Source of the DNA: Psammoneis japonica | Taxonomy: Eukaryota | Direction of reading: 5' to 3' | DNA: 64,000 nucleotides | Assembly: GCA_008632985.1 (NCBI GenBank) | Contig: QPGO01000122.1 | Span: forward strand, 124,001 to 188,000 | In this document: piece by piece, positions 12,977 through 24,700 of the stretch | How the letters are laid out: each line of letters begins with the position of its first letter | How positions within the stretch are numbered: the stretch's first letter is position 1 | The notes under the pieces: generated by a model | Told to the model about the DNA's origin: nothing | Database searches by the model: none | Seen by the model: only the letters and a program-made list of their open reading frames with translations | Position numbers and translations under genes: made by a program

Positions 12977-15294
12977 ATGGCGTCCCAGGACGAGGACGCC
13001 GCCATGGAGGAGGCCGCAGCAGACGACACTGTCAATCCATCGACTCCTACTCGAAAGGCGTCACCACCCGGAATGAAACTCCGATCGGGGCGAAAGAAGC
13101 GTCGACGAAGCCGAGAAACAACCGGTCTGACTCCCCCAGACGAGAAGCAGGCACGAGCCAAGCGCAAAAAGACGCGAGACGAAGAAAGCGAGGATGAATC
13201 CATGCATGACGCGGATGACGATGATGAATCTATCGAACAAGACGTGGTACAAGCTGCGTCTAACGCTGCTGCGGCAGCTATTTCGGATTCCAAGAAACCT
13301 GCAGCAGCAGCAGCAGCAGCAGCACCAGAAAGCCTGCTGCAAAGAAAACGTTGGAACCGATTCATAAGCTCCGCATGCCGTCGCAACACACTCCGGGTCA
13401 AAAGACGACGAAAAAGACAAGGACAACCATTTCCATATCGGAATCAACATCACCTCTTGTCGCGGATGCAGCAGGGACCGCTACAATTGGAACACCACCA
13501 CCGGCTGTTGGAACGCAGAAATTGCTCTTTGGAAACAACAATAACGCTTCTTCGACGACTCCAGCATCTCAAGAATTGGAAAGCATTCTGGCTCATCCAC
13601 CGCCACCACCCCCTCGACCATCTCCGGATACTCCCGAGGGTCGTCATGATGCTCTTCCACGCAATTTGATTCGAAGAACGTCCGATATGCTTATGGAATT
13701 TACGTCCAACGTTCAAGAAGTCACTACCAATCTCGTGGTGCCTCAAGCGGAACGAATGCAAATGCAGCAAAATAACAAGAGGGGGCATTAGCCAATCGAT
13801 TCCACCCTTGGATCGTACCATGACGTGGCTTGGTTTTTTCTTGTTGCTGCATGTGGTTGTGGCGTTTGCGTATCCGTTGGGATTCAATCCAATCGGCGGA
13901 GCGGTGGTGGCTTTCCCATGTTGGCATGAGTGTGTATGGAGGCGGATCTCCTCCAGAGGTTGCTCTTGCGGTAGACCCGCTGTAGTTGCAGAAAAGGCAA
14001 TGCCACCGGTCAAGGTAACCACGGACGTTGAGTACGAGAATCCCCTGGAACCGTTTATGGAGTTGCTGGACGATTCCATTCAAGCTGTCAACGAAAATGC
14101 CACGTTCTTGAACTCCCACATGGACAAGGTGCAGAAAACGCTAGAGGAGCGCAAAACGCAATTTGCCTCCCTCCAAGGCATCATTGCCAAGACGGAAAAA
14201 TCGCTATCCAATCTCCTCATGGCTCTGCAAACCAACGACGGCGATGACGACGCCAGCAAGGGCATTCGTGGCCCCAATCTCATGGTGACCAAGTTGGGAA
14301 CCAAACTGCAAGCTTCCAAAGTAATGGGTTCCAAATTGTCACAAAGTCCCTTTCCGCCTCTCATTGATGTATCAGCCGTGTCGTTATGGCAAGATGCTCC
14401 GCCGTGTCTGACGTCGTCTCCCACGTCGCAAGATGCCGTCTTGACGCAAGAGAATTGGAAATGCACGACAAGGATTTGCGACAACGAGCTCAAGATGCGG
14501 CACGGCTGCTTCAGACCGATCCCGAATTGTCGGCGTCCATCAAGAGTTGGGTACGCGACCAAGTCAAGGCGGTCTTGGCGGCGCAGCAAATCGACCAAGG
14601 CGATACTTTGAGTAATAAGGCATCGTCGGAGCGCAAATACGGCCTTGCTCAAGAGGACGTCCAACATGTCATTGATAAACGACTCGAAATGGAGTTGGCC
14701 GATCACTTGGGTCGTGTCGATTATGCATCTCTTGGCCGAGGAGCATCCATCGTGACGACGGGTCCAAGGGCCACGTCTCGGTCGCTTGTAGACAATTTGC
14801 CTCTTGTGAATCGTCTCGCGGCTCAATGGAGGTTGCGCTTTTATGGACACGGACCCGAGGCTGCTCTGACACCGACCCAACCAGTGGATGCTCTCGGACA
14901 GTGTTGGTCGTTTGAAGCGCCCAAAAAAGTTAATCAAGACAATGAGAGAGGTGATTTTGGTACGCTGACGGTCAAATTGCCAAGAGCCATCTCGGTAACG
15001 AGCGTTGTGTTGGAGCATGTACCCAAGGAGTTGACCAACCAAGTCAAGAGTGCCTTGAAAGAATTCCGCGTCATTGGCTACGAGGACCCCAACGCCATGG
15101 GCAAACCGTGGTTGTTGGGAAGTTACGAGTACAATGTCAATCATGAACGCGTGTTGCAAGTATTTGAAACGGAAACAGAAACACAAGAGGGTGTGCCGAT
15201 TCCCAAACTACAGTCTGTGACGCTTGCCATTGACACCAATCATGGATTTGATTACACGTGTCTGTATCGTTTCCGTGTACATGGCGATCCTTAG
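12977..15294 (+). CDS. SUN-domain (Sad1/UNC-84) inner nuclear membrane protein; reading frame broken by several apparent 1-bp indels
   Basis: Basic low-complexity N-terminus, TM segment (about 13820-13880), coiled coil, C-terminal SUN motifs DYAS..RGASIV, GQCWSF, SVVLEH, LAIDTNHG.DYTCLYRFRVHG. Confidence 0.9.
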
Positions 15295-15866
15295 AGAACC
15301 AATACCGTGTTTGACTATTAATTGGGGTTAATCGCATTCTTAAGTTGGTCAGTTTGCCATCTCGTAATTTGTCAAAGCTATTTTTCTCGTGTTTTGCTCC
15401 AAGAACCTCTCACAGCAAGTTGAAATGTAGAGGGGGCGCGTCATCGTCTTCAAGCACTAACAGTTCTCCAAATAAGTAATCAAAATCTTGCCCAATCACA
15501 TTCAACACGCCATCGGGCGACATACATCTCCTAGCCCCCTGTTGTTTCAAGATGTTAGCCTCGTTCTTCTCGTCCACGCTATCCGACAACAGTCGACACA
15601 GCTCGCTCGATTCTTCCCGGTTGGCAGGTCAGAACCGTTTACCAAGAACAAGGAACATCATTTTGAGGATAGTTCCCACCTACAATCAATCAAGGCTATG
15701 TCCGACTCATTGCCTTCACAGCCTTGTATTTGGGTCTGCAGTAATCCCTTCCTGAGGGAGTTTTTCATCCCGGGAGTGGTCGGAAATGCGTGCTCACCAG
15801 CCCGATCGCTTGCTATGTAGCTAGCAACGCGCAGCCGCTTAATACTATGAGGAAAGCATGCATTTA

Positions 15867-16972
15867 TTATGCCAAACCCTTGATTAGCAAATGGCCCAGC
15901 TCGTTGTCACTGTGACTGGGTGTTGACACTGGCCGCATCCGTCGCCGCAAATCCGAAGCCACTTGCATTCCATCCACATCCATCAAGACGAGTGCGACAT
16001 CGTCATAAACATTTTTGGCCTCATCGGCAATTGGCAAATCAGATGCATCATCTCCAAAAGGATCATCCAGTTCTAGCGAAACAAACTCAATCCCTAGAAA
16101 ACCGTATGTGACGATAAATACCAAGACAACCGTCTGAACCGGAGGACACCCGGTACTCAACAAGGCAAAGGGAAGTGTGTATACGTAAAAGAATAGAAAC
16201 GTTCTTGCCATGTTGGCCAGTGGGAACGGAAAGGGCGTCGTCAAGTACTTGCGTACTCCCGAATAACCCGTCATGAAGTTATTGACGCATTCTTGCAATT
16301 GTCGTTGTTGGATGGTGTCCAGGTCTGTGTTGTTGCTCTCGCAAATGATGCGCCTCAATTTCTGCGCCATGCGGACCGGGACACGCAAATTCAGATCCGA
16401 CAAGGCGTTTTTGCCGTAAACCCAATCACGACTATGAATCGATTGCATTTCTGTCGAATCAAAGATACCCAAATCTTCAATGGGAGCCATGGCCAGTCGT
16501 TCTTGATCTTCTTTGGGTAGCTGTGGTACCTCCCACGCTCGTTCTCCCTCGAGCACTGCCACAGTTGTTCTCAAGAGAAGCATACTGTACAGCGCAACAT
16601 CGTTTCTCCATTTCTGTGACTTCTCCGAGGAGGAAGAAGCCGTCATGGCACATGCGAGTGATGGTAATTCTCGCGTCGCTTGAAACATGCTTGCCGTGTA
16701 CCCACGAAATTCATAATAGAGCGAAAAGGAAATTGTGCAGCGTGACACAACCAGAAACGCCACAATGACAGACATGAACTCGTGTCCAAACTCGGATATA
16801 GTCAAATCAATGTCGTTTTGTAACAGTACGAGAAGTCCAATCGTACAAACGTATTCACAAGACAGTGGGGCAACACCCGAGGCCACACGGATCCGTAAAT
16901 TTGAGCGATCACTTCGACATGACTGGCACTGTTGTACTGAACAGTTCTGGAGTATTGGCAATGTTCTTCCAT
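15867..16972 (-). CDS. Bestrophin-like (UPF0187/VCCN-type) anion channel; apparent frameshift near 16850
   Basis: GSVWPRVLP, FLVVSR, TTPFPFPL..MAR.FLF.YVYTLPF, YGFLGIE.VSLELDDPFGDD.SDLP. Confidence 0.85.
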
Positions 16973-17388
16973 TCTATAAAAACGTTGCGGTAAAACGAGG
17001 GTACGTTGTTGGTATAACACGTGTGATGTGCTGACATTGACTTGCCTGTTGATGTTCGATGATGCATGGACAATCACATTTTTTTTTGAACATGGGACCC
17101 GCAGCGCGCAGCGCGCAGAGGGGTGAGATTTTTGTCGGCAAACGCCCAACAAAAACAACGCAATGGCGCCCGGATTTCCTGCAACAGCAACACATTGTGA
17201 CAGGCCCACTGCATCACGCATCCTATAACGTACACTCACACACAGTAAGTTCAAAATGTCATGCACCCATTTGCTGCAAGAGCACTGGCTTATGATGCGA
17301 CAACAAATCGATGGCTTATGATTTTGCATCCATGCAGATCTCACCCCTCTTTGACTTTTGACTTTTCGATTTGACTGAAGTTTTTCGT

Positions 17389-17995
17389 GATGACTGACAA
17401 AAAGGAACACCCCATGAAAATCGTTAGGGACATCTCATTCAAAGAATCAGTTTCCCGGGAAGCACATTATGTCGACAAATGGCGCACGTACCTTCAGCAC
17501 GCAGCGTCTTTGGAATGTTGCATGGGATGGGCAGCCAGAGCCGTCACACCAAGAAACTGCCGTTGTATGCATGATGCTTTTTCTTCTCCCGACGGAACGC
17601 CAAACGAGAAGGTGACAGCTTGTGCTACATGGCTTGTATCAAAGTATGGGCGGATGACGGTGAAAGAAAAAGAAGATCAGCTAGTTGACATGATTAAAAC
17701 GGCATTGAAGATGAAAGAAAGCTACGACCCATTGTGCATTGCGGCGAGTTTGACAAAAGATAGTCGCACCCTCGCTAATAGTTTGTTTATCGTGGTTCCC
17801 GGAACAACTGATACGGTGATTTGCCAAAATGCTTTTTGCTACATCATGAACATTCGACAAGGAAAATGGACCAAACTAAAACGTCGGGCAGACAAAAATT
17901 TACCATATTCACATGGGCTCCAAGGCAAAACATCCAACAACAGGAAGGAGCAAAACCAAGGTGGTACGTGGGCTGTAGCTGCATTTGTCGATTGA
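17389..17995 (+). CDS. Hypothetical protein resembling the Cys/His N-terminal part of DNA-transposon proteins; no catalytic domain present
   Basis: CC..CRC, ICQNAFCYIMNI..GKW, HGLQGKTSN pattern; resemblance judged by eye only. Confidence 0.35.
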
Positions 17996-18159
17996 TCGGC
18001 GAGATCTCACATTTTTGTTTTATCGTGATCTACCCGACGCTCTCAAGAGGGTGGCGGAGTCCCCACTGTGTCACCCATCCCTCCCCACACGGCTCAAGAA
18101 CAAAGGGATTTAGAGATAGAACCAGCTAAACTGCCTTCTTCTCCCAAAAACAACGGAGA

Positions 18160-19363
18160 GGTCGCCATAGCGTCTGACAGGGACGAGGACACCGCAATGG
18201 AGGAAGCAGAAGCATCAGGCGATCCGTCAACTCGTGAAAAACGCAAAGCAAGCAGAGAAAGTGCGTGTGTTACTCCACAAGAGGATGAGGGACAAACCAA
18301 GCGTAGGAAAATAGGACAAGACAAAAGAGAATACATTGGATCCATGCATGATGCGGACGGCGGCGAATCCATCGAACAAAACCATGTCTTGCAAGCCGCA
18401 TCCAACCCTGCAGCAGCTGCTCCACCCAAAGAGCCTGCGGCGCAAGAACTAGAACCTAATAATGCCTTGCAAGCCGCATCCATCCCCTCAGTAGCTGCTC
18501 CATACAAAGAGCCTGCGGCGAAAAACCAAGAACCGAGTCCAAAGCTCCTCATTGACTCGCAACAGACCCCGGGCCAAACCACAGAGAAGACAGCGCAAGC
18601 GAAGACTGCCGTTTCCGCATCGAGATCACCCCTAGTCGCGGATGCGGCAGCGACTGACACAATTGGAGCTCCACCGTCTCCGGCTGCCGGAACGCCAAAT
18701 CTCCTATTTCGAAACGCCACTCCAGCCTCGCAAGAATTGGAAAGCGTTGTGGCACATCCATCACCGCCATCACCTGTAACGTCTCCCGAGGGTCGTCACG
18801 AAGCTCTTTCGGGCAACTTGATTCAGCAAACGTCCGATGTGCTCACGGACTTTTCCTCCGGCATTCAAGAAACGCAAAAAAGCAACAAAATTATCCAATC
18901 TATTCCACCCTTGTATCAAACCATGACGGTGATGGGTATTTTCTTGTTGCTGCACGTAGCGCTTGTGGCGTTCTTTGCACATCCGCTGGGAGTCAGTCCC
19001 ATTAGTAGCGCCGCTGCGGGCATGCACAATGTTGGATTAAGTCTGCAGGGTGGCGGATCGCCTCCACAAGTGGCTGTTGTACCATCCGTTGCAGTTACGG
19101 AGAAGGCGACGGCCAACGATGTCACAAATGACGAGTACCAGAGTCCCCTGGACCCATTGATGGATTTGCTGACTGATTCCGTACAGGCTGCAAACGAAAA
19201 TCCCCACTTGGACATGGTGCAAGAAATGCTTGCGGATCTCAAAACACAATTTGTCTTGCTCCAAGGCGCTCTTGCCAAGACGGAAAAGAACTTGTCGGAC
19301 CTCCTCATGGCTCTGCAAGCCAACGACGATGATACCAAGGTTCTGAAAACAAATTTAGAATGA
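18160..19363 (+). pseudogene. Truncated paralogue of the SUN gene (N-terminus, TM and coiled coil only)
   Basis: Shares DED.AMEEA, SMHDAD..ESIEQ, SPLVADAA, TPASQELES, PEGRH, FLLLHV, EY..PL.P.M.LL.DS.QA.NEN, AKTEK.LS.LLMALQ.ND with 12977-14250; stops before the SUN domain. Confidence 0.8.
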
Positions 19364-20232
19364 CTACAGCGCACATGATGACTTTTGTCGTTGATGTCGA
19401 TGAAAACGTCGAAAAAATTACCAAAAGCTCACAGTAGCCCACGGGAAATCTGGAAGCCAAGTCGAGAGACCCTCGTCAGGTTCTAGCACATATTATATTC
19501 TCCTACATGTTTGCAATAAGCATTTTGTAGCCATGAGCAGTCCATCGAAATCTAGTGGTCGGGAATCCCCTCTCTCTTGCCATACTTACGTCCTTGACTC
19601 CTCTGGTGCCAGCAATGTTGGCTTGTGCACCGTGCTTCTAAACCATGCGGTTGGGCTGATTCGATTTTCGATCTCTTGCCATTTCCCTCCGAAGTTGTCA
19701 AAGTTGCTCTTTCTTTGATAGCATTGCAAGAATCCAGCAGAGTGTGCTAGTTGGTTTGCATTCACAAGGTCGAACTTCAGCAGAGCCCCTTACTTTTATT
19801 CTCTAAGGAATTGTTAGCAAAAGGTAGAGATAGTACGGAGCTTAGTTTGCCTGAAGCGACGCTGCTTGCTCCTCGCTGATTCCCTGCAGCTAGGGCCTTA
19901 CTCCTTCTGCAAGTAGTGTGCTCTTCAACTCATCCGAACTTGCGCTGTTCCCCGAAACCTTTTCTTGCAAAGCTGAGCTCGCAAAATGGGAATCGAGGAC
20001 CATTGGAACAAAACGTTGGAAACAAGTACCGGTATATAGAATACACTATTAAAAAAGACACCACGTGTCAAACTAAAACACGAACCTAATATGTTTTACA
20101 CTTTCACACAGAAGCTACAGCCGTTTCGTCACATCACGACAAGAAGGCATTGACTGCACGTTCCGAAAGTGCAACATGCATACACGGTATCCTTAAAGGG
20201 TAACACAAAATCTCCAGCAGTCTCAACTGCAT

Positions 20233-21480
20233 CTAATAGTAAGGCTTCTTTGGGCACGTGTTTGGTTTGCAATAACCGCCCTTGAACTTTCCTCCCTTCT
20301 TCCAGCACTTGGACTTGGTTAGCATCTTGCACTTGCCAAACTTGAAGCAGCAGGCTCCAACTTTCTCGAGGGGGCAGGTGTTCGGTTTACAGAGAGTGCC
20401 AAGACCGGCGAAGTCTCCTCCAATTCTCTTGCAATACCTCTTCTTGGAATCGATACAAGTATCATTCGATGTGCAGCAAGCTCCAAATGCAGCTGGGCAA
20501 GTCTCCTTGCTACAAAGGTTGCCTTTACCACCAAAGTGACCTCCTTTGCGGAAGCAGGGTCCTTGTTTTAGATTAAGGCACTCGCCCTTGTCTTCGAAGC
20601 AACAAGATCCGCGAACTTCTTTCGGCTTCGGGGTAGGATAGTACGGCTTGTAAGGCTTTGGGGTAGGAGGATAGTACGGCTTGTGAGGCTTGTAAGGCTT
20701 TGGGGTAGGGTAAGGAGTGGGCTTCGGGGTGGGATAAGGCGTCGGCTTCGGGGTGGGATAAGGCGTCGGCTTCGGGGTAGGATAGGGCGTCGGCTTTGGG
20801 GTTGGGTAGGGCGTCGGCTTCGGCGTAGGGTAGGGCGTCGGCTTCGGGGTAGGGTAGGGCGTCGGCTTCGGGGTAGGGTACGGCGTAGGGTAGGGTGTCG
20901 GCTTCGGCGTAGGGTAGGGCGTCGGCTTCGGCGTAGGGTAGGGCGTCGGCTTTGGCGTAGGGTAAGGCGTCGGCTTCGGCGTCGGCTTCGGCTTATAATA
21001 CGGGGTGTGAGGCTTGTGAGGCTTCGGCGTCGGCTTATAAGGCTTGTGAGGCTTCGGCGTCGGCTTATAAGGCTTGTGAGGCTTCGGCGTCGGCTTATAA
21101 TACGGGGTGGGAGGCTTGTGAGGCTTCGGCGTGGGCTTATAATAAGGAGTGTGAGGCTTCGGCGTAGGCTTTGGGGGGTAATACGGAGTGTGAGGTTTCG
21201 GCTTATGCTTTGGCTTAGAATGGTCCTTTGGTGGGCACTGGTCGTAGGGCAAACATTCTGAGCCATTTCCCCTGTAGTAGCCACCCTTCCTCGCGCAGTT
21301 TCCAGGCTTGAGGTTTAGACACTCTTTAGGTCCATAAGTGAAGCAGCACGCTCCACGATATCCCAACAACTGCCTGTCGACGACAGATTCCTGCGAATCG
21401 TTGTACTTTGGGCTGTCCTCATGACCGTTGACAGACACCAAGTACCAAAGACTAACGATGGAGACAAAGGAGAACTTCAT
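20233..21480 (-). CDS. Secreted Pro/Thr/Lys/Tyr-rich extensin-like protein with four Cys-rich GACC modules
   Basis: Signal peptide [22 protein letters not shown] motif, one G(A/S)CC..C..C..GG.(F/Y).G.G..C..CP module, (PTPYPTPK)n and KPHKPY repeats, then three more modules. Confidence 0.85.
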   Translation of the reverse strand: MKFSFVSIVSLWYLVSVNGHEDSPKYNDSQESVVDRQLLGYRGACCFTYGPKECLNLKPGNCARKGGYYRGNGSECLPYDQCPPKDHSKPKHKPKPHTPYYPPKPTPKPHTPYYKPTPKPHKPPTPYYKPTPKPHKPYKPTPKPHKPYKPTPKPHKPHTPYYKPKPTPKPTPYPTPKPTPYPTPKPTPYPTPKPTPYPTPYPTPKPTPYPTPKPTPYPTPKPTPYPTPKPTPYPTPKPTPYPTPKPTPYPTPKPTPYPTPKPYKPHKPYYPPTPKPYKPYYPTPKPKEVRGSCCFEDKGECLNLKQGPCFRKGGHFGGKGNLCSKETCPAAFGACCTSNDTCIDSKKRYCKRIGGDFAGLGTLCKPNTCPLEKVGACCFKFGKCKMLTKSKCWKKGGKFKGGYCKPNTCPKKPYY

Positions 21481-21949
21481 CTTTTTCTTGCACCCGTTTG
21501 CCGAATGGCTCTGTGCAAAAAAAGTGAGACGCTTTTCATGTGTTGAACAGCGTTGCTCGACAGTCTGGTCCCATTCTCGAGGGTCTTTTTCTGGTACAAA
21601 TTGTACACCAGGATCCACGTGAAAAAGACAATTGCTTGTGAGCTAGATTGATAGTGACAAAATTTGTTCGCCTCGCCGAACTCAAAACAAGTGATATTAA
21701 TTTTCACTATAAAAAGAAATTCCATGCCACATTAATTGTGGTTACGTGACTTTCCCATATAATTATTTACTATACCAGCGTAACTGTACGAGAGACAATT
21801 AAGAATATTTTGACGACATAAGCCCGGCTTTAGAAACATTTAGTTGCGAAAGGTCACTTAAGAAGCTTTTCGTTCAAGTGCTGCTCTCATTACTGCCCAC
21901 AGATAATCCAATAATTCCTTCATTTGCTAAATAACTTTCGACATTGAAT

Positions 21950-24700
21950 TTCTCACACCCGATTTGTCTTAAATGGCATCGTGTGGCCAGCCAAATGCAC
22001 AATGGACAATGCACAAGATCGATCTCATCTGTGCCCCGTGTGAAAAACCATTTCCTCTCTGCTCTCGAGATGACTCTCCCGAGTCAGGCTTTGACATCAC
22101 ACATGTGTCACATTCGTGCTTGCAGGTGCAAATGAGTTGTTTTGCGAGGAGGGAGTGTGGCACAACTGTCGTGGAGCCTGGCGGCCAGAAGCGTCACTTG
22201 GAGCACGAGCCTCGCAGCAGCCAGGTGTGGTGCAACAAGGACCATCGGCATGCTTGACAGCTGCTGTGGGTGCCCACAAATTTGGCACTGGCAACTGGCA
22301 ATTTTGCTTTGAAATCTGCATTCAGAGTGTGCTGCTGCCCAACACCAAGAACAGTGCTCGAGAGGGAGGGCACCAGTGCCACGCAGTGATGCTCCAGAAA
22401 GTGCACAGCTTGCCATGTGTGATGCAAACAATTGCTGAGCAACTTTTGCTTTAAGCATGAGCAACTGCACCCACTCCTGCCTAAAAACAACAACCAACAG
22501 AGATTGGCCCCATCTGAGGAACACTTCAAAAGTGCCAGACAAAGAAGATGGGAGAAAGAAAGAGCTCTCAGGATGGCAGAGCTTGTTTCTAGTTTCTTGT
22601 TGCTTTTTCTCTTGCAAGCCACAAGCAGTCAATCAAAGTCAGCAGAAGGCAGTGCAAAAAAACATTGTGTTGATGACCCACATCATCAACTCTCAGCTTG
22701 CTGCTGGCAGGCAGGCCAAGGCCAAAATGTGGGCAGGCTGAAAAGGTGACAGGAGAGAAGGGCATCAAAATGTCAAAATCTTCCTCAGCTTTGAAAAAAT
22801 GATTTTAAAAAGCATTGAAATTGTGCTGGCATGCAGAGGTGACCAGGTTGCTCAGCTGTTAGAGGAGAGCCAAAACACAAGATGTCTGAAGTCCATGCAA
22901 TGCAACAAGAATGGCGTTGCACACAATGACGCGAAAAAAGAAAAAAAGTCTCCATTTGCCAAGCAACCCTGAGCTGTGAGGAGGAATGTTTTTTGCAATT
23001 TTGTGTCAGAGTGCACCAGTGATCCCAACAAAAGTGGTCAAGTCAGTGCCAGATGGCAAGTTGTCTGACCACAACACAAAGACAAAAAATGCCAGTGGAA
23101 GGTGCCATTTGGCGTGGGTGCTGGCCACACAAAAAGCATCAAGGACAGCCCAGAGTTGCTGCAAAAGACATCAATTTGGTTGCAAAAATTTTGGGACCAG
23201 ATGCTGGTGGCCTCAAAGGGAAAAGCACAGAGTGCAGATCAGAAGCCAGCTCCCAGCAATCAACAATGGCGCAGAGACCCTCTGAAGGAACCCATGACTG
23301 CCAAGCAAGTGTGCCATCTTGCCAAAATGAGCAGCATGCCAAAAGGCCTCAAGATTAAGAGTCAAGCTGGCAAAATGCTTTTTGACAACACTTGGCATGC
23401 AGGAGCAGACAAGACAAAGAAAAATTGGGCAAGGAACGCTTCAAAGAGAAAAAAAGAAAATGAGAAGATTGACTGCTCTGCAAGAAAATTGTTGTGCAGC
23501 ATGGCTGACAGAGACAAAATTGAAGATCTTGAATGTGAGAAAAGATCATGCAGACAACACTCAAGATGCAAAAAGTCCTCTGCCAGAAGAGAGCACTCAA
23601 GGGTCTGAAAAAGATCTTGCTTCTCTTCCCAACAAAAACTAAAAATTGGAGTGTTTGACTGACAAGTCCAAAGAGGCACTTCTTTCATTCAGAAGCCAAG
23701 TTCAGAAAATGAAACTCAAAATGATCAGAAAAAAGATGTGCTGGATGCCATCATGAACAAGGTGATGGCTGTTCAAGCAACAAAAACTCAAGATTTCTTT
23801 GGACAAGATCTGCCAGACCACACCACCAAAACCTTCAATGTGCAGCAATGCCAATGTCATCATCTGCAAGCTCAAGCTGCCAACAAAGTTGAGAAGCACT
23901 TGTTGTTGGCAGCAACAGCAAGAGCAGTCATGGCCACAGTGTGTGTGTTTTTGTGCCAGGTGTTCATGCCTCCCTGTCTGTGTGACTGCATTGAAAACAA
24001 TGAGTGTGAAAGATTGCATCAAAAATGAGGCAAGTGAAAGACATGATGCCGTTCAAGATTCAAGGGGTGCTGGCATGCTGTGGGAGAAAGCAGTCTCATG
24101 TTTCCAACAACAAAAAAGATGGGGTGGCAAAGTCAAGGTGCACACATTCTCTCTGCACAAGGAAGCATGACAAAGTGCCACACACAGGAAAGATGAAGAC
24201 TCATCTGTGTGAAATGTTGAACTCTTCTCACCACTCAATTGCAAGATGCTCCAACACAACATTGAATCAATCAAATTTGGTGCAATGAATTTGCTTTCTT
24301 GCAGCTGTAAGCAGAAAGCAGCACACTTTTTTTGGCATGCTGCAGATGATTGAGAGCATCAACTCACAGCATGGACAGCAACACCAATGGTGACAAGCTT
24401 CTCAAGCAGCTTGTGAAAAAAAGCATGTCATGTCTGGGTGTGATTCTGGGTTTTGTTCAACTCCAGAAGCGTTGCAAGTTGATCAAGTTGCATGTGTGCT
24501 GCACTCCATGTTTGAGGAGTTAAAGGAACTGTCAGGGGGGAAGATGGGCTGCCCATGCAGTGCAAATCTGTGCAAGGTTGGAATGACCTACAAAATGTCA
24601 GAGCCCAAGGAGCAAGCTCAGCTCTTTTGTTTTTTGCTGTGAAAGGCATCATGTTTGTCTGCAAGAGAGGCAAACAGAGTGGTTGACCTGCCTTGCCTCC
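21950..24700 (+). mobile_element. Highly decayed Ty1/copia (CoDi-like) retrotransposon relic
   Basis: Residual peptides ILGPDAGGLKGKS (about 23190), MPKGLKIK..G..LFD.TW.AG.D (about 23340) and KKDG..K.R (about 24115) recall diatom copia pol; TpA and CpG nearly absent. Confidence 0.6.

Noticed and set aside
14080..15186. 368-aa minus-strand ORF
   Set aside because: Antisense shadow of the SUN-domain coding region
20568..21284. Arg-rich ORFs (238 aa on -, 192 aa on +)
   Set aside because: Alternative-frame and antisense shadows of the PTPYPTPK repeat
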